The notes under the pieces are model-generated. The model was not told the origin of the DNA and ran no database searches. It saw nothing but the letters and a program-made list of their open reading frames with translations. DNA of 63,033 bases from Vicugna vicugna (taxonomy: Eukaryota), in the NCBI GenBank assembly GCA_013265495.1, contig MU058844.1, forward strand, positions 372,001 to 435,033, written 5' to 3'. A program made the position numbers and the translations under genes. This document shows, piece after piece, positions 1-13,667 of the stretch (position 1 is the stretch's first letter; the number at the start of each line of letters is the position of its first letter).

Positions 1-125
1 ATTTATTTAACAAAAAAATTTGTTGAGCACCTATTATATGTGCCAGTCATCGTGCTTGGCATTGGGCGTTCATCAATGAATTAACATAGATCTGGGCCGT
101 GCCTTCATGGGGCTTATATCTAGTA
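1..125 (-). mobile_element. L2 3' end fragment
   Basis: atttgttgagcacctattatatgtgccag...gccttcatggggcttatatctagt, the typical reverse-strand L2 tail. Confidence 0.7.
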
Positions 126-492
126 GCTCACACAATTATGGACAGGGATAAGATCCAGATGAAGACCTGCATTTCTTCCATTTTCTACTCCACATGCTTC
201 CTCCCAAATAATTTGAATCAAAATATGTGACATTCCTCAAAGGTTACTTTTAAAATAAATGATTTGTCCCACTATATGAGTTCTAGGGTGGAGAAAAGAG
301 GTAGGGGCTGTTTGTTAAGCCTCTGTGTCCCCCAAGACCTAAGACGGCCCAGCCATGGTAAAATCCCATGTATCACAGAGCCTTAGTCAGTAGAAGGGAT
401 TGGAAAATCATTGTTTTCATATACCTAAATTTTCAGTTATTTAAGAATTAACCTAAAACTTGTATTTCCACATGTATTTACAGTTGATCCTT

Positions 493-1117
493 GTTACAAC
501 CAATGCCACAGAAATAAAAAAAATCATAAGAGGATACTATGAACAATTATATGGCAACAAATTGGACAAACTAGAAGAAATGGACAAGTTCCTAGAAAAA
601 TATAGTCCACCAAAACTGAATTAAGAAGAAATAGATTACTTGAACAGATCAATCACTAGAAGTGAAGGAGGATCAGCAATAAAAAACTTCCCTGCAAACA
701 AAAGTCCAGGACCAGATGGCTTCACTGGGGAATTCTACCAAACATACAAAGAACTCATACCAACCCTTCTCAAATTCTTCCAAAAGACTGAAGAGGAGGG
801 AACACTCCTGAACTCATTCTATGAAGCCACCATCACCCTGATACCAAAACCAGACAAAGACACGACCAAACAAGAAAATTACAGGCCAATATCATAGATG
901 GACATAGATGCAAAAACCCTCAACAAAATATTAGCAAACAGAATCCAACAACACACAAAAAAAGATCATACACTATGATCAAGTTGGATTCATCCCAGGG
1001 ACACAAGGATGGTTCAATATATGCAAATCAATCAATGTGATATACAACATCAACAAAAGCAAAGACTAAAATCACATGATCATCTCAATAGATGCAGAAA
1101 AAGCATTTGATAAAATA
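493..1117 (+). mobile_element. L1 ORF2 internal fragment (pre-RT region to RT start), disrupted
   Basis: ORF 640..897 has [15 protein letters not shown]...[17 protein letters not shown]...NYRPIS; the fragment ends at DAEKAFDK. Confidence 0.95.
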
Positions 1118-1364
1118 TAGTTGATCACTGAAAAACACAAGGGTTAGGGGCACTGACCTTGGCCCTCCACACAGTCCAAAATCCACATAAAACTTATAGT
1201 TGGCCCTCTGTATTATGGGATCCCTCCAAATCCACGGTTCTGCCTCCCTGGATTCAACCAACTGGGGATGATGTAGTACTGAATACTGAAGTATTTACTA
1301 CTGACAGGAATCTGCATATAACTGGACCCACACAGCTCAAGCCTGTGTTGTTCAAGAGTAATTG
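1118..1364. mobile_element. Tigger2-derived MITE (MER8/Tigger2a-like; TcMar)
   Basis: Degenerate inverted ends (tagttgatcactgaaaaacac ... gtgttgttcaagagtaattg) and internal ccctggattcaacca and actggacccacacagctcaagcc motifs. Confidence 0.75.
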
Positions 1365-1759
1365 TTGAAAATGGCACAAGTTCATTTTCATACTTTATTA
1401 AGTAGTAGTAACCTAAAATTCTATGAGCCTGTGAACCTCTTTCTGACACTTGGTGGCTTTCTGGTGTCTCATAGACCCTATTCAGAACACATGTTCTCCT
1501 TGTAATGCATTGTTAAGGGACTAAATTAAATAAATATCTTAGATTCAAGATATCTCAAGCAATTTGTTGGATCTTTTAGAATACTCAGAGGCTGGTTTCT
1601 TATGCTTTACTCTTTTCTAGACAATTAGTTTTGGCAAGCAGATAGGACAACAATAGATTCTGAGTTTTCATTTGTTTTCAGATCTTGCTCTGAAAAAACT
1701 TCAGATTTGTATGTATTTATCCAATTTTTACTCTTATTCAAGTGAATTTTGTGTGATCA

Positions 1760-2200
1760 TTGTTACATCAGTTAAGACTCTTGTTTGTAAGTAACAGAAA
1801 GATCCATTCAAATGTGCTTAAGCAAAAGATTATTTTGGTTCAGTAACTAGAAACTTTCTCTTTATCTCTCACCTCCATGTCTTTCAGGTTGGCTCCATTC
1901 TCAGACAGTTCCCTCATGGTCATTAGAGGGCTGCAGAAATGATAGCTTTGGCATCTTAAATTCATATCCAATGGAGAGAAAAAATGTATCTGCTGGTGGC
2001 ATTCATGAAAGTCTTGAAATGTCCTCAGATTGCACTGGTTTAGGTCATGTACCCACCTCAGGAACACATGTGTAAATTGTCTTGGTTCTAAGTCACAGCT
2101 CCACTCTTGATGTAAGGGTCAGAATGCCATTGAGATCTCATAGACTGAGAATGGGGAAAGGGTAAATCTCCAGAAGAAAAATGGAGGCTGATTCTGTAAG
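1760..2200. mobile_element. Old MaLR (MLT1-type) LTR remnant
   Basis: cagttaagactcttgtttgtaagtaacagaaa...aaatgtgcttaagcaaaag end motif. Confidence 0.55.
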
Positions 2201-2929
2201 GTGAGGTAGGCAAATAAAAAAGTATGGAATACAATGATTAACACTGCCATCGAAGGCATTGGATGATTCTAAGTACTGAACCAAACCTAGAATATTTTTA
2301 AAGAATATAGCCATTAACCAGCTTGGATAGTTGTCCTTGACCTTAGAAAATGTCTGGGTAAACACAAGGATTAGGGTTTCTACGTAGCCTTAAGGACTAG
2401 AAAAGCTAAAAGAGTAAATAGAGACAGTAAAACCTGTTAAAGTAACTGTTAGAGAAAGTGTAACCTTGAGCAGGCACTTGGGAAATTGTTTATAACAAAA
2501 GGGAAGATCAGAAAGTATATATACTTTCTCTTACAACTGATTTATTTTTTGTTGCTTTAGAAAAGGAAGTATTTGGTAAAGTGACAACATCCATGAATGC
2601 AATAGTGTGATGGGGGAGGTGTGGAACGGAAATACAATTTTAAACTAAAGTTGTTAACAAGAAAGAGATCCTTGGGAGACTGACTGCCTGGATAGATGTT
2701 CTAATATTAGGCATAGATAGAAAAAAAAATCATTTTGAAAAACTGCTACTTTTACTAGGAAAAATAAACACCATGTATAGACACTTTTTTTCTTAAACCA
2801 TTTTGAATGTAAAGTTTGAGATGCTTATCAAAATGAAGTTAACTTTTGACCACATTAATTAGGTTAGCTTTTGACAACATCAATTAAAACCTTGAAGTTT
2901 GCTTGAAATTATCATATGAGTGCTGTCTC

Positions 2930-3420
2930 TCTCTTTGGGTAAAGAGTGACTGAAACCCAAGTCAAACTAGCTTACGCACAAAAGAATCTTGCGTTGGAAG
3001 ACTCAGTTCTGAGATGGCAAAGTCACACTCTAGCTTCACAGACAAGGAATCAGATATTCAAACACCACCTGCAGTATTCTCCTTTGATCTCTTATCTTTT
3101 CTCTTATGCTGGCCTTCTTCCTAGGAATTATGCAGCAAACAAATTGAATGTCCCATCTCTTCGTTTGTCTTATAGAGGGAGTGAGCCCCTTTGCTCTATG
3201 CCAGTTTTTCAAATCCTGAAGGACACTTACTGGCCTGGTTTAGGTTATCCGCTCACTCAGGACCAAAACACTGTATTTCAATCAACCCTACTTGATGGGA
3301 TTACTCATCTCTGGTACAATTAACTATGCCAAGAGTTGGGACTCCCTACAAGATGTTTGTGGTTGGAAAATAAAGTATTTTCCAGAAGAGGATTGGAATG
3401 CTGAGCCAACAAGAGCAGAG
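2930..3420. mobile_element. Old MaLR (MLT1-type) LTR remnant
   Basis: gagtgactgaaacccaagtcaaactagctta...aaaagaa motif; accounts for ORF 2946..3323. Confidence 0.5.
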
Positions 3421-3907
3421 ATATTCACACCAAATACCCAATTTTTTCTTAATAGTAAATATTAATGCCATAAACATAATTATCACTGTAACAAGTAGAG
3501 AGTTACAACTGTAACGCTAAAGCCCACATACCAAGCCGAAAAAGCTTGGTGCAGGTAGATAACCCAAAATTTTCACAGGTGGTGTCAGGCTTTGCTCAGT
3601 GCCTCCCTACCCGACTGAGATCATGTGATGCCTACTGAAAGTCAGAGCTATGCCCAGATCTCCTAGAATGAATCCTAACCTTGGGGAGACCTTAGAGCTC
3701 TATGTGCCACTCTGGGACTCAAGGTCAAATCATCTTTCACCTGCCTATGACTGAAGTTTCAGTTCTGATAATCAGAACTCTGTTTTGCTCATCTTTACCT
3801 AAGCCAAGTTTCTCCTTCTCTCTGACCTCCCATTCCCCTATGTGACCACCACATAGCCATAACCCTTCACAGACAGGCTTCACAGATCTAAATATCATTT
3901 TCTACTC

Positions 3908-4055
3908 AAAGGAAACAAGAGTCCTGAGAGAAATGGCTGATTCCAAGGCTAAAGGAGGGAAGTTACAAAAGAAGCTTAAAACATCTCATTGTACCAGCAA
4001 GTAAAGAGAGGCTCAAAAACAATGGGGAGAGTCAGAGCTTGAAGGGCTCCCCTTA
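3908..4055 (+). mobile_element. L1MC-type 3' UTR fragment
   Basis: agaaatggctgattccaaggct...gcttgaagggctcccc resembles the L1MC3/L1MC4 3' region. Confidence 0.6.
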
Positions 4056-4059
4056 CCTT

Positions 4060-5390
4060 ACTTGAATTCTTAGCAGCATTAAAAATTGCTAATCTCATCC
4101 TTGAAACTCTCTTCTAACTTTTGGTCATTTTCTCAATGACATCTCCTTTAAAGAGTCTTTTCTGGGTATCTCATTTTCATACCTTAATAAATACCCTTGG
4201 GGTTCTGTCCTCAGCCCTTTTCTCCTCATTTTATTCCTTCCCTGGGTGATCTTAGCTAATGCTACAGCTTCAGTTATATAAACAATGGCTCTCAAATATA
4301 CACTTCTTAGTATACTTACATGTGGGTAGACAGATGAGAGAGATTTAGCATAGACATCTCTCTTAAACTTCCAGAGTCATAAATCCATCCAGTATCTCCA
4401 CTTAGCTTTAACCCACTGATATCTCAAAGATAACCTGTTAAAAATTGAAGACATTTCCTTCTTCTCATCTAGTGTTCTTTATTTCTATTACTGGTACTTC
4501 CAACATCTGACTGTCTAAGCAAGACACCCTGGGGTTATTCTTAATGTCAGTGCCTTTCAGCCAGAGACCACCAGGAACACATCTCTAGTTGAACAAGCTG
4601 AGTTTATTACTCATTGCAGTGAAGGAGAACGCACAGCATAGGAAACCCAGGAACTTAGCAAGAGAGTGTTAGAAAGAACCTGTTAGAGGACTTGGGATTT
4701 GATTGAGTGATTTGAGAGACTGCTAAGGAAGCAGGGATCTGCTTTAGATTGGCCGCTCTTAGAAGGAAAGAAAAAGCATTTTATGACTGGGATCTCAATA
4801 CATCTTATCTCTAGGAAAGACAGTCTAGAGCAAGGATAACCCTATAAATGGTAAATAAGTAACTGTTACTCATTTTAGCCGAGAGAGGGCAGGGTGTTTC
4901 GTATTTTGTGGATGGCTCGGGGATTCTGTCTCTCTGTGCTTTGACAAAATTATGAAGTGGACCTGTTTTGTCTCAAGTTGTTATGGTCTCAGAATAATCT
5001 TGTCTGATGTTGGTATTCTGTGAAATTCTTATGCCCAACAGAAAATAACATGGCCTAGCTCTGAATGCCCAGTAAGTGTCTGGATGTCAACTGCTGCTTC
5101 CTCTCCCCTCCCCCTTTCTCATTCATTATTGTCATTCTCATATAAATTACTTACTTACCAAATCCTATTTATTTTACTTCTAACTTCTATGGAATCTGTC
5201 CCCTTCTCTCCATCTTCTTTTCTGCTTCTCTAATCCAGGCCATTATCATTTGTCATCTGAATTACTACATCAGTCATTTAACAGTTCCCCCTACATTTCG
5301 TCTTGTTCCTGTTCCAGTCCATCCTTTACCCTCCCCCAGTTAGTCAGAATGAAATTTCTAAAAATATCATCCCCCTTAAAATCTTCTTTG
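4060..5390 (+). mobile_element. L2 remnant interrupted by a solo LTR-like element (~4545-5090)
   Basis: L2 motifs (ctgtcctcagcccttttctc; ccaggccattatcatttgtcatctgaattactac) lie on both sides of a TG...CA-bounded segment containing gagtttattactcattgcagtgaaggagaacgcac. LTR family not determined. Confidence 0.55.
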
Positions 5391-5582
5391 GTTATATTAT
5401 CAGGCATGTTGCTAACACTTAAATGGTAAAATTAAGAACCAGTGACGTTAGCAATGAAAATACACTTTTTTCTTTTCTCCCTAAAAGGAATCAAGAATGG
5501 TGGAAGAGTATTTTTACAAGGAATCAGCTGAATTTGGAGACTATTTTGATATCCTGGTTCCCTCTTCAGAAACTATGACTCA

Positions 5583-5669
5583 GAGGGTGGGGTTATAGCT
5601 CAGTAGAGCGTGTGCTTAGAACATGAGAAGTCCTGGGTTCAATCCCCAGCATCTCCATTTAAAAAAAAA
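5583..5669 (+). mobile_element. tRNA-derived SINE (camelid Vic-1-like) with A tail and TSD
   Basis: A-box tatagctcagtag, B-box ggttcaatccc, A tail; TSD aaactatgactca (5570-5582) / aaattacaactca (5670-5682). Confidence 0.85.
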
Positions 5670-5689
5670 AAATTACAACTCAAGACAAA

Positions 5690-6185
5690 TCAGAGAGACA
5701 TGACTGCTAAAAAAAAAAAATGCATTATTGGCACCATTTGCAGAAGTATGTTGTCCAGAATAAGAAAATGATGTTCAATTCAATTCTGGGTAATACATTT
5801 TAAGAAAGACATTATTAAAAGGGTATGTCCAGAAGAGGGCAACTAGGACAAGGAGCTTCTGGAAACCGTATCATATGGATAATTGGAAAAAGTGGAACTT
5901 TAAGAAAATTAAGGAGGGATAGGACAAGTATTTTCAAATATCCAAAGCACTGTCATATGTATGAGGAAGTAAATCTCTTTTGTATAATTCCGGGGGCAGG
6001 ATCAATTCTGAGGCTTACAAATCATAGGAAAACTGATTTTTAGTCCATGCAGGGAAGTATTTTCTAATAATCAGAACTGTCCAATAATGGAATTAGCTTC
6101 CTGGAAGGGTAATGAACTCCTACTTACTAAAACTAATAGAGTTCAAGCCAAAACTGAATAATTGTCTGGAAGGAATTCTGTAAAA
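5690..6185 (+). mobile_element. L3/CR1 LINE remnant
   Basis: gtccagaagagggcaactagg, tattttcaaatatccaaagcactgtcat and tttctaataatcagaactgtccaataatggaat are typical L3 motifs. Confidence 0.7.
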
Positions 6186-7745
6186 CAGGAGTTGTCAAAT
6201 CATCTGTGACGAGGGGACAGTTTTTTAATCCATTGTGGTCCAATACTTTTACAATTATAATAAAACCAAATTAGTAAAATGAAAAAAACATAAAAAGTAC
6301 AAGCTCAAATTTTTACTAATGCAATGAACATAAAATTAAATTTTAATAAATAGAATTAGAACAAACATAAAAGGGGAAGAAAAAAGAATGATAAAACTAC
6401 TGTTCATTGAACATATGCATTTAAGATTATTACAGAGGATTTCTATAATTCTTAACATTTTGTTGTTTTTTAACTGTAACTGAAGAAAATTATGAGTGAA
6501 TTAGTAATCCTCTAGATTAGACCATTATATGCATACTCTGAATAAACACCATGCATATTAATATTTTAAAGTTTTAATATTTTAAAACACCTTGTGACAA
6601 ATGAAGTTGTTTCTTTCTTGTTAAAATATCTAATCCAGGTTGGATTGACAGCAGTACTATTTTCAGAGAATGATGTATACCCAAACTACTTCTATATATT
6701 TTTTCCTATCATTCATAAGAATGCATTGAGTTTACAAAGGGATAATGATGGGAATGGAAAAAAAAGAGGTTTTAAAATAATTTCAGCATGCACAGAATAT
6801 GTGTTTTTAACTTTTGTCCAAAATGAAGCAAGTGATCTTATAATTTCAAAGTTCATTTTTAATTCTTCCTTAGTGGCCAGTTAGATCAATGTATTCTGTA
6901 AGTTATTAATTAAATTTAAATCATCTTTGGATGAAATAAGCGGGTTCCAGACCTATGAATTTGCTGTCTGAACATTCTTTTCCTAGAAAATAAAATTTAA
7001 AGTGTTCTATCAAATTGACAACAGTTTGATAACTTTTTGCAGATGTGCAACATCAAGATAATCACCTATTCCACTGACAACTGTTAAATTACGAAACATG
7101 GAGTCTGCAAAAACCCTGTTCTTCCAAGCTTCTACCTTTTGTTTTTGCCCTCTGGTTTTACGTTCCATTGAAAAATATCTTGCATTCCTGATCTGAGTGG
7201 ATGAATTCTGAAGACTAAAATTCTGAAGATATCAAACAAATTAATAACTCTAGCTGGCCAATTTATATCTTTAAAAAGGTGGTACCAAACTGATTCTTAC
7301 AGTAATGCTAAATATTCAAATTACTCAATAGAATTTTCTCTCTAGATAACCATCTTATCTCAGCATGTAATCATAGTTATTTCTGATGTTTTCCAATTAC
7401 CACATAATAAAAAGAATAATTTCAAATTTCCTGCATTAGCCCTTAATAATTTATAATCTTTACTAAGCATACTGTTTAATTCAGTTGATGAGATTTTCAT
7501 ACTAAGACTTTCTGAAAGAAGTAATCTATTGACATATTCTGGGTCAAGATCCTTAATTTAAGTTCCTACTCCAGAATGTTTTCTTATCATTGCAGCTATG
7601 TATCCAATTGTATTCCTACACAAAACTTCAAACTACATTTATGGACAATGTAATTTTTCACAGCTTTCTGTTGTTTAGAGTTAGTTATGTTTATCAGCAA
7701 TGAAACTGAAAAAGAGAATTCTTTGGACTTATCTCTGATTATCTA
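6186..7745 (-). mobile_element. hAT-Charlie DNA transposon fossil with decayed transposase
   Basis: The minus strand near 7325-7370 translates LHAEIRWLSREKIL (Charlie/Buster motif LHTEVRWLSRGKVL); multiple stops and frameshifts. Confidence 0.8.
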
Positions 7746-8834
7746 AGGCTGGGAGTTGGGGAGGACTGACAGCAAAAGGGAGAAGAGATAATTTTGAGGA
7801 GTGCAGCAGTTTAGGCTTCCTGCAGGAAGATGCAATGTGAATGAATATGAGGTGATCTTACTATCTAAGTGGTTGTCTTTGTGTAGAATTAGAAAATATA
7901 TTACATATTCTTCCTGAACATTTCTTCCCAGTGCATTAAAGTCTTACTTTCAGAAGGTTAAAAAGCACATTAGAAACTAGTAGAGGGTTAACTGCTGAGC
8001 TGTAACTGGGAAAATATTTTGTTAGCATCAGAATATTTGCAAATTATTCTGGTAAAAATATTAGCGATTAATTTTGAACTTCTGTGAAAAAAAAATCTAA
8101 GAAATCATTCCCTTTGCCTGAAAGCAATGGAGACATTTATTTAAGCCTTCAGCAAATGAAATGGTTTGCTCACTTCTTGTGTTTATGCACTGATATCCAG
8201 GTAGACTCATTTCTGAATACACATCTGAAACTGGAAAAATATTCCTTGAGGAGGGGTTTGCCTTAAATGCTAGAGCCATCCAAAACAAAGGCACATGATG
8301 TCTTGTTTTCTTCTTTTCTTAAAAATGCTTATTATGGCTGCTTCTGAGAATATGTAGAAACCACACTTTCTTGCATATCAATATAATTCCAGTACTAATG
8401 TTATTATGTGCTGAGCTGCAGGCAAATAAGTATTAGTGGCATCGCCTTTAATGAACTGCTGAAAAACTACAGACCCTAGCCTCAGGCAAACACACAGATA
8501 CTTATTCTCAAAATTCTACACAACTTCAGGAGTTTCACAGATGCTCTCAACCCCAAATCCCATTTGCAGAATCCTTAGGTTAAAACCTTCTGCACTGGAG
8601 CTATGTCTTTTACAAAATCATATGAAGATGCTGTGGTACAATGAATGTACCAGGCCACATTAGGCAATAGGGACATAGTGGTACACAGGGCCAGTCAAGG
8701 TCCTTGTTAAGTCATGGAGTTTACAGTCTAGTAGGGAAGGTGGACTTTATCAAATATTTGCACACACTAATTTCTTATTAAAAACTTTCATCAAGTCTAG
8801 TGGAAAAAAGGATTACATCTGACCTCTCTTTAGA

Positions 8835-11800
8835 TACCATACAAGTAAGAAGAGAATGGAGTGAAATATCTAAATGTTGAAATAAAAAAAGCCCACTAAC
8901 CTAGAATTCTGTACCCTGCAAAATTATCCTTCAAAAGTAAAGGATAAATAAATAAACAAATAAAGACTTTCTCAAACAAAAATTGAAGGAATTTGTTGCC
9001 AGTAGATCTGCCTTGTGAAAAATGTTAAAAGAAGTTCTTTACAGAGAAGGAAAATGATATAGGTCAGAAACACAGATCTACATAAATAATGGAAGAGCAG
9101 TGGAGAAGGAATAAGTGAAGGTAAAAACTTTTTTCTTATTCTTCACTGATTGTTCAAAAAATAATAGCAACAATGTATTTGATTATGTGTATATATGCTT
9201 ATATATGAGAAATGAATGACAGCAATGACATAAGAGATAGGAAGGAGTCATAGGATTAGTTTGCTATTATAAGGTTCTTGCACTACCCATGAAGCAGTAT
9301 AGGGTTATTTGAAAGTGGACTTGGCTAATTGCAAATGTGTCCTGCAAACTTTAGGACAACCACTAAAAAAGATTTCTTAAAAAGAAGAAATATAACAAAC
9401 ACACTAAGAAAGAAGAGAAAACACAATCATATAAAATTAATTAAAAACCACAAAAGGCAAAAAAAAGTGGAAGACAAAAACAAAAACAAAGAACAAGGAC
9501 AACAAATAGAAAAAAGTAACAAATACGGTAGATAGTAATTCAACTATGTCAGTAATCACTCTGAATGTCAATGGTCTAAATGTACCAATAAAAAAACAGA
9601 GATTGTCAGACTGGATCAAAAAATAACACCCAACCATATGCTGTCTGCAAGAAACCCACTTTTAATATAAAGACACATCTCGATTAAAAATAAAGGGGTA
9701 GAGAAAGATATGCCACACTAACACTATTCAAAAGAAAGCAAGAATAGCTGTTTAATTTCAGATAGAGCTGACTTCTGAGCAAGTAAAGTTATCAGGGAAA
9801 AGAGGGGCATTATATAATGATAAAAGAGGCAATTCCCCAAGAAGACTTAAGAATCCTTAACATGTATGAACCTAACAAAAGACTGTCAAAATATGTGAGG
9901 CAAAAACTGATAGAACTACAAGGAGAAATAGATAAATCCACTATTATAATTGGAGACTTTAATACACACTCTGTCAGAAATGGGCAGATCCAGCAGGCAG
10001 GCAATCAGTCAGGACATAGTTGAATTCAACAACACTATCAAGCAACTGGATATAATGAACATCTATAGACTATTTCACCCAACAACAGCAGAATATATAT
10101 TCTTCTCAAGCTCGCCTGGAACATTCACTAAGACAGACGACATTCTGGACCATAAATAAACTTTACTGAACTTAACAGAAATCATTCGTCTGCTCTCAGA
10201 CCACAATGAAATTAAACTAGAAATCAGTAGCAGACAGACAGCTGGAAAATCCTCAAATACATGGAAATTCAGCAATATACTGCTAAATAATACATGGTTC
10301 AAAGAAGACGTATCAAGAGAAATAAATAATATTTTGAACTAAATGAAAATGAAAACACAACTTATTAATATTTGTGGGATACAGTAAAAGAAGTGCTTAA
10401 AGGGAAAAATTAGCATTGAATATATTAGAAAAAAAGAAAGATCTAAAATCAACCACCTAAGCTTCTATTTTAGGAAATTAGAAAAGAGCAAATTACATCC
10501 AAAGTTAGCAGAAGAAAAGAAATAATAAGAATTAGAGAAGGAATCAGTAAAGTCGAAAACAGGAAATCAGTAGGAAAAAAAAATCAATAAAACCAAAAAC
10601 TGGTTCTCTGTAAAGATCACTACAAATCAAAGCCATTAGCTAAGCTAACTAAAAAGAAAAGGGAGAAGACACAAACTCTTAATATTAGACATGAAACAAG
10701 GGACATCACTACAGATCCCATATACATTAGAAGGATAATGAAAAAATATGAACAACTCTATACCCACAAATTTGATGACTTAGATGAAATGGACCAATTC
10801 TTTGAAAGACAATCTAGGAAAACTCTCACAAGAAGAAATAGACTATTTGAATATGTCTATATTTATTAAAGAAATTGCATCCATTATTAATAACCTTCCA
10901 AAACATAAAGCACCAGGCCTACATGATTCACTGGTGAATTGTACCAAGCAGTTAAGAAATAATACCAATTCTCTACAATCCCCTTCAGTGGACAGAGCAG
11001 ATGGAATATTTCCTAACTCATTCTATGAGGTCAGCATTACCCTAATATCAAAACCAGACAAAAGTATTACAATAAGAGAAAACTACAGGCCGATATCTAA
11101 AATGAACACAGATGCAAAAATTCTCACCAAAATATTAGCAAATCAAATTCAAGAAAGTCTAAAAAGAATTATGTACCGTCAACAAGTGGGATTTATCCCA
11201 GGTATGTAAAGCTGGTTCAGCATTCAAAAATCAATATAATCCATCAGTAATGAAGATGTCAGAGGACTGACACCACCAGCCTTCAAGGCTTACTACATAA
11301 AATATAGTCATCAAGACAATGTGGTATTGGTGAGTGAACAGACAAGTAGATAAATGGAACAGAGAGCGCAGAAACAGGCTCACATAAATAGAGTCAATCT
11401 TTCACAAAGGAGTAATGGCAACATAAAGGAGCAAAGACAGTCTTTTTAAGAAATAGTGCTGGAAAAACCAGACATCCATATGCAAAAAAATGAACTAGAA
11501 ACAGATCTTTCACAAAAATTAACTCAAAATGGATCACAGACCTAAATGTAAAATGTAAAACTATAAAACTTTCAGAAGATAACATAGGAGAAAAATAAAT
11601 GATATTGGGTTTGGTAATGATTTTTTAGATACAATACCAAAGGCACGATCCATAAAAAAAGAAACTGATAAGCTAGACTTTATTTAAATTAAAAATTTAT
11701 ACTCTGTGAAAGGACACTGTCAAGAGAATGAAAAGAAAGGCCATAGACTGGGAGAAAATATTTCCAAAAGACATATCTGATAAAGGACTATTATCCAAAA

Positions 11801-12990
11801 TATACAAAAAGAACTCTTAAAACTCAACAACAAGAAAACAAACAACCCAATTTTAAAAATGGGCCAAAAATGTTCTAATATTGACTGTTGTGATGGCTGC
11901 ACAACTCTGTAAATATACTAAAAACCACTGAATTGTATACTTAAAATGGGTGAATTGTATGGGATGTGGATTCTAACTCAATAAAGCAATTTAAAAAAAA
12001 TGGGTCAAAGATTTTAACTGACACCTTTCCAAATGATATACAAATGGCAAACAAGCAGATGAAAAGATGCTCTGCATCTTATTATGTTATCAGAGAAATG
12101 CAAATTAAAACAATGACATACAACTACACACCAAGAATGGCCAAGATTCAAAATACTGACAACACTAAATGCTGATAAAGATGTGGAGCAACAGGAACTC
12201 TAATTCACTGTTCATGGGAATACAAAATGGTCCAACCACTTTCAGAGTCTGGCAGTTTCTTATGAATCTAAACATACTCTTACATATGATCCAACAATCA
12301 TGCCCTTGTTACTTACTCAAAAAAGTTGAAAACTTATGTCCACACAAAAACCTGCAAGCAGAGGTTTACAGTAGCTTTGTTCATAACTGCCAAATTTAGA
12401 AGCACCCAAGGTGACCTTCAGTAGATAATCTTATAAATAAACAGGTACATCTATAAAATTATCATTCAGCACTAAAAAGAAATGAGCTATCAAGCTGTGA
12501 AGACATGGAGAAAACAGATGCACATTACTAAGTGAAAGAAGTCAATCTGAAAAGACTACATCCTGTACGATTCTAATATATAACTATAGAAAAGGCAAAA
12601 CTATGGAGACAAGTAAAAGATCAGTGGTTGCTAGGGCTTAGGGAGGAAAAAGGGAATGAAAAGGCATAGCACTATTTTTAGGGCAGTGAAACTACTCTGT
12701 ATGATACTGTAATTCTACAGTATCATGCCATACAGAATACATGTCATTCTACATTTGTTAGAATGCACAATACCAAGAGTGAACTCTGAGGTAAACTATG
12801 GACTCTGGGTGATAATAGGTCAATGTAGGAACATCACTGTAACAAATCTATCACTCTGGTGGGAGATTTTGATAATGGGGGAGGCTATGCATGTGTAGGG
12901 TCATAAGAACATGGGAAATATCCGTATCTTCCATTCAATTTTGCTGTAAACCTAAACTACTCTAAAAAATAGTTTTCTAAAAAAAGAAAA
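8835..12990 (+). mobile_element. Old L1 (L1MC1-like 3' end) with ORF1 tail, endonuclease region, internally deleted ORF2 and 3' UTR
   Basis: TLNVNGLN, ICCLQETH and IIGDFNT endonuclease motifs; ORF 10784..11209 (FYEVSITLISKPDK...NYRPIS); 3' end gtaaactatggactctgggtgataat...ggggaggctatgcatgtg followed by an A-rich tail. Confidence 0.93.
11869..11995 (+). mobile_element. L1MB-type 3' terminal fragment nested in the L1 above
   Basis: gatggctgcacaactctgtaaatatactaaaaaccactgaattgta...ctcaataaagc; flanked by aaaaatgggccaaa / aaaaatgggtcaaa. Confidence 0.8.
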
Positions 12991-13667
12991 AGTATCCACC
13001 AGGATGTTAGTAACAGCATTCTTTCTAATTGGGAAAAGAAATAAAGATTATGTCTAATAGTAGAGAATTAACTAAATTATGACAATCCAGATTATATAGT
13101 AATATGCATCCATTAAATGAGAGCATTTACTATACGGAAAAACACTCATAACATTAAGTGAAAAAAATTATAAAACTACATGCATAATAAATACTATTTT
13201 TATTTTTGAAATACATTTATGTAGCAAAATAACAGGGAAAAAGCATAGCAGAAATGTTAGTGTTATCTTTACATGGGATAATTAGGGGTAATTTTATTTC
13301 CTATTTATTTAGTCTCTAATTTTTAAAAAAATGATGCATTACATTCATGGTTAAAAAACAATGTGATTAGAAAAATTAAATAGCTCAGCAGATACTAGTT
13401 AAGTAGATATTACGCTCCTTAGAAGGGACCCATTTTTCCTTATTGGCCTAGCAAAAAGTACAATGCCTCTTCATGTGAGGTAAGGGTTCAATAAATGCTT
13501 AATGACTACATCAAAAAATAAATACTGGTCTCATTTAATTTTACTATTGTCATTTACTCTATTAGTCATTCTTACCTAAAGAACATTCAAATACTGTCTG
13601 CCAAACTAAGCATGTTAGAAGTCACTACCTTTGGGTGAGGGAAGTTCCAACTGAACCCTATATGAGA

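Noticed and set aside
5583..5660. tRNA-like sequence
   Set aside because: Degenerate arms, an A tail and a TSD indicate a SINE, not a tRNA gene.
640..12399. ORFs with RT/endonuclease-like peptides as a possible active or novel retro-system
   Set aside because: All are short pieces of ordinary L1 ORF2 with stops, frameshifts and internal deletions.
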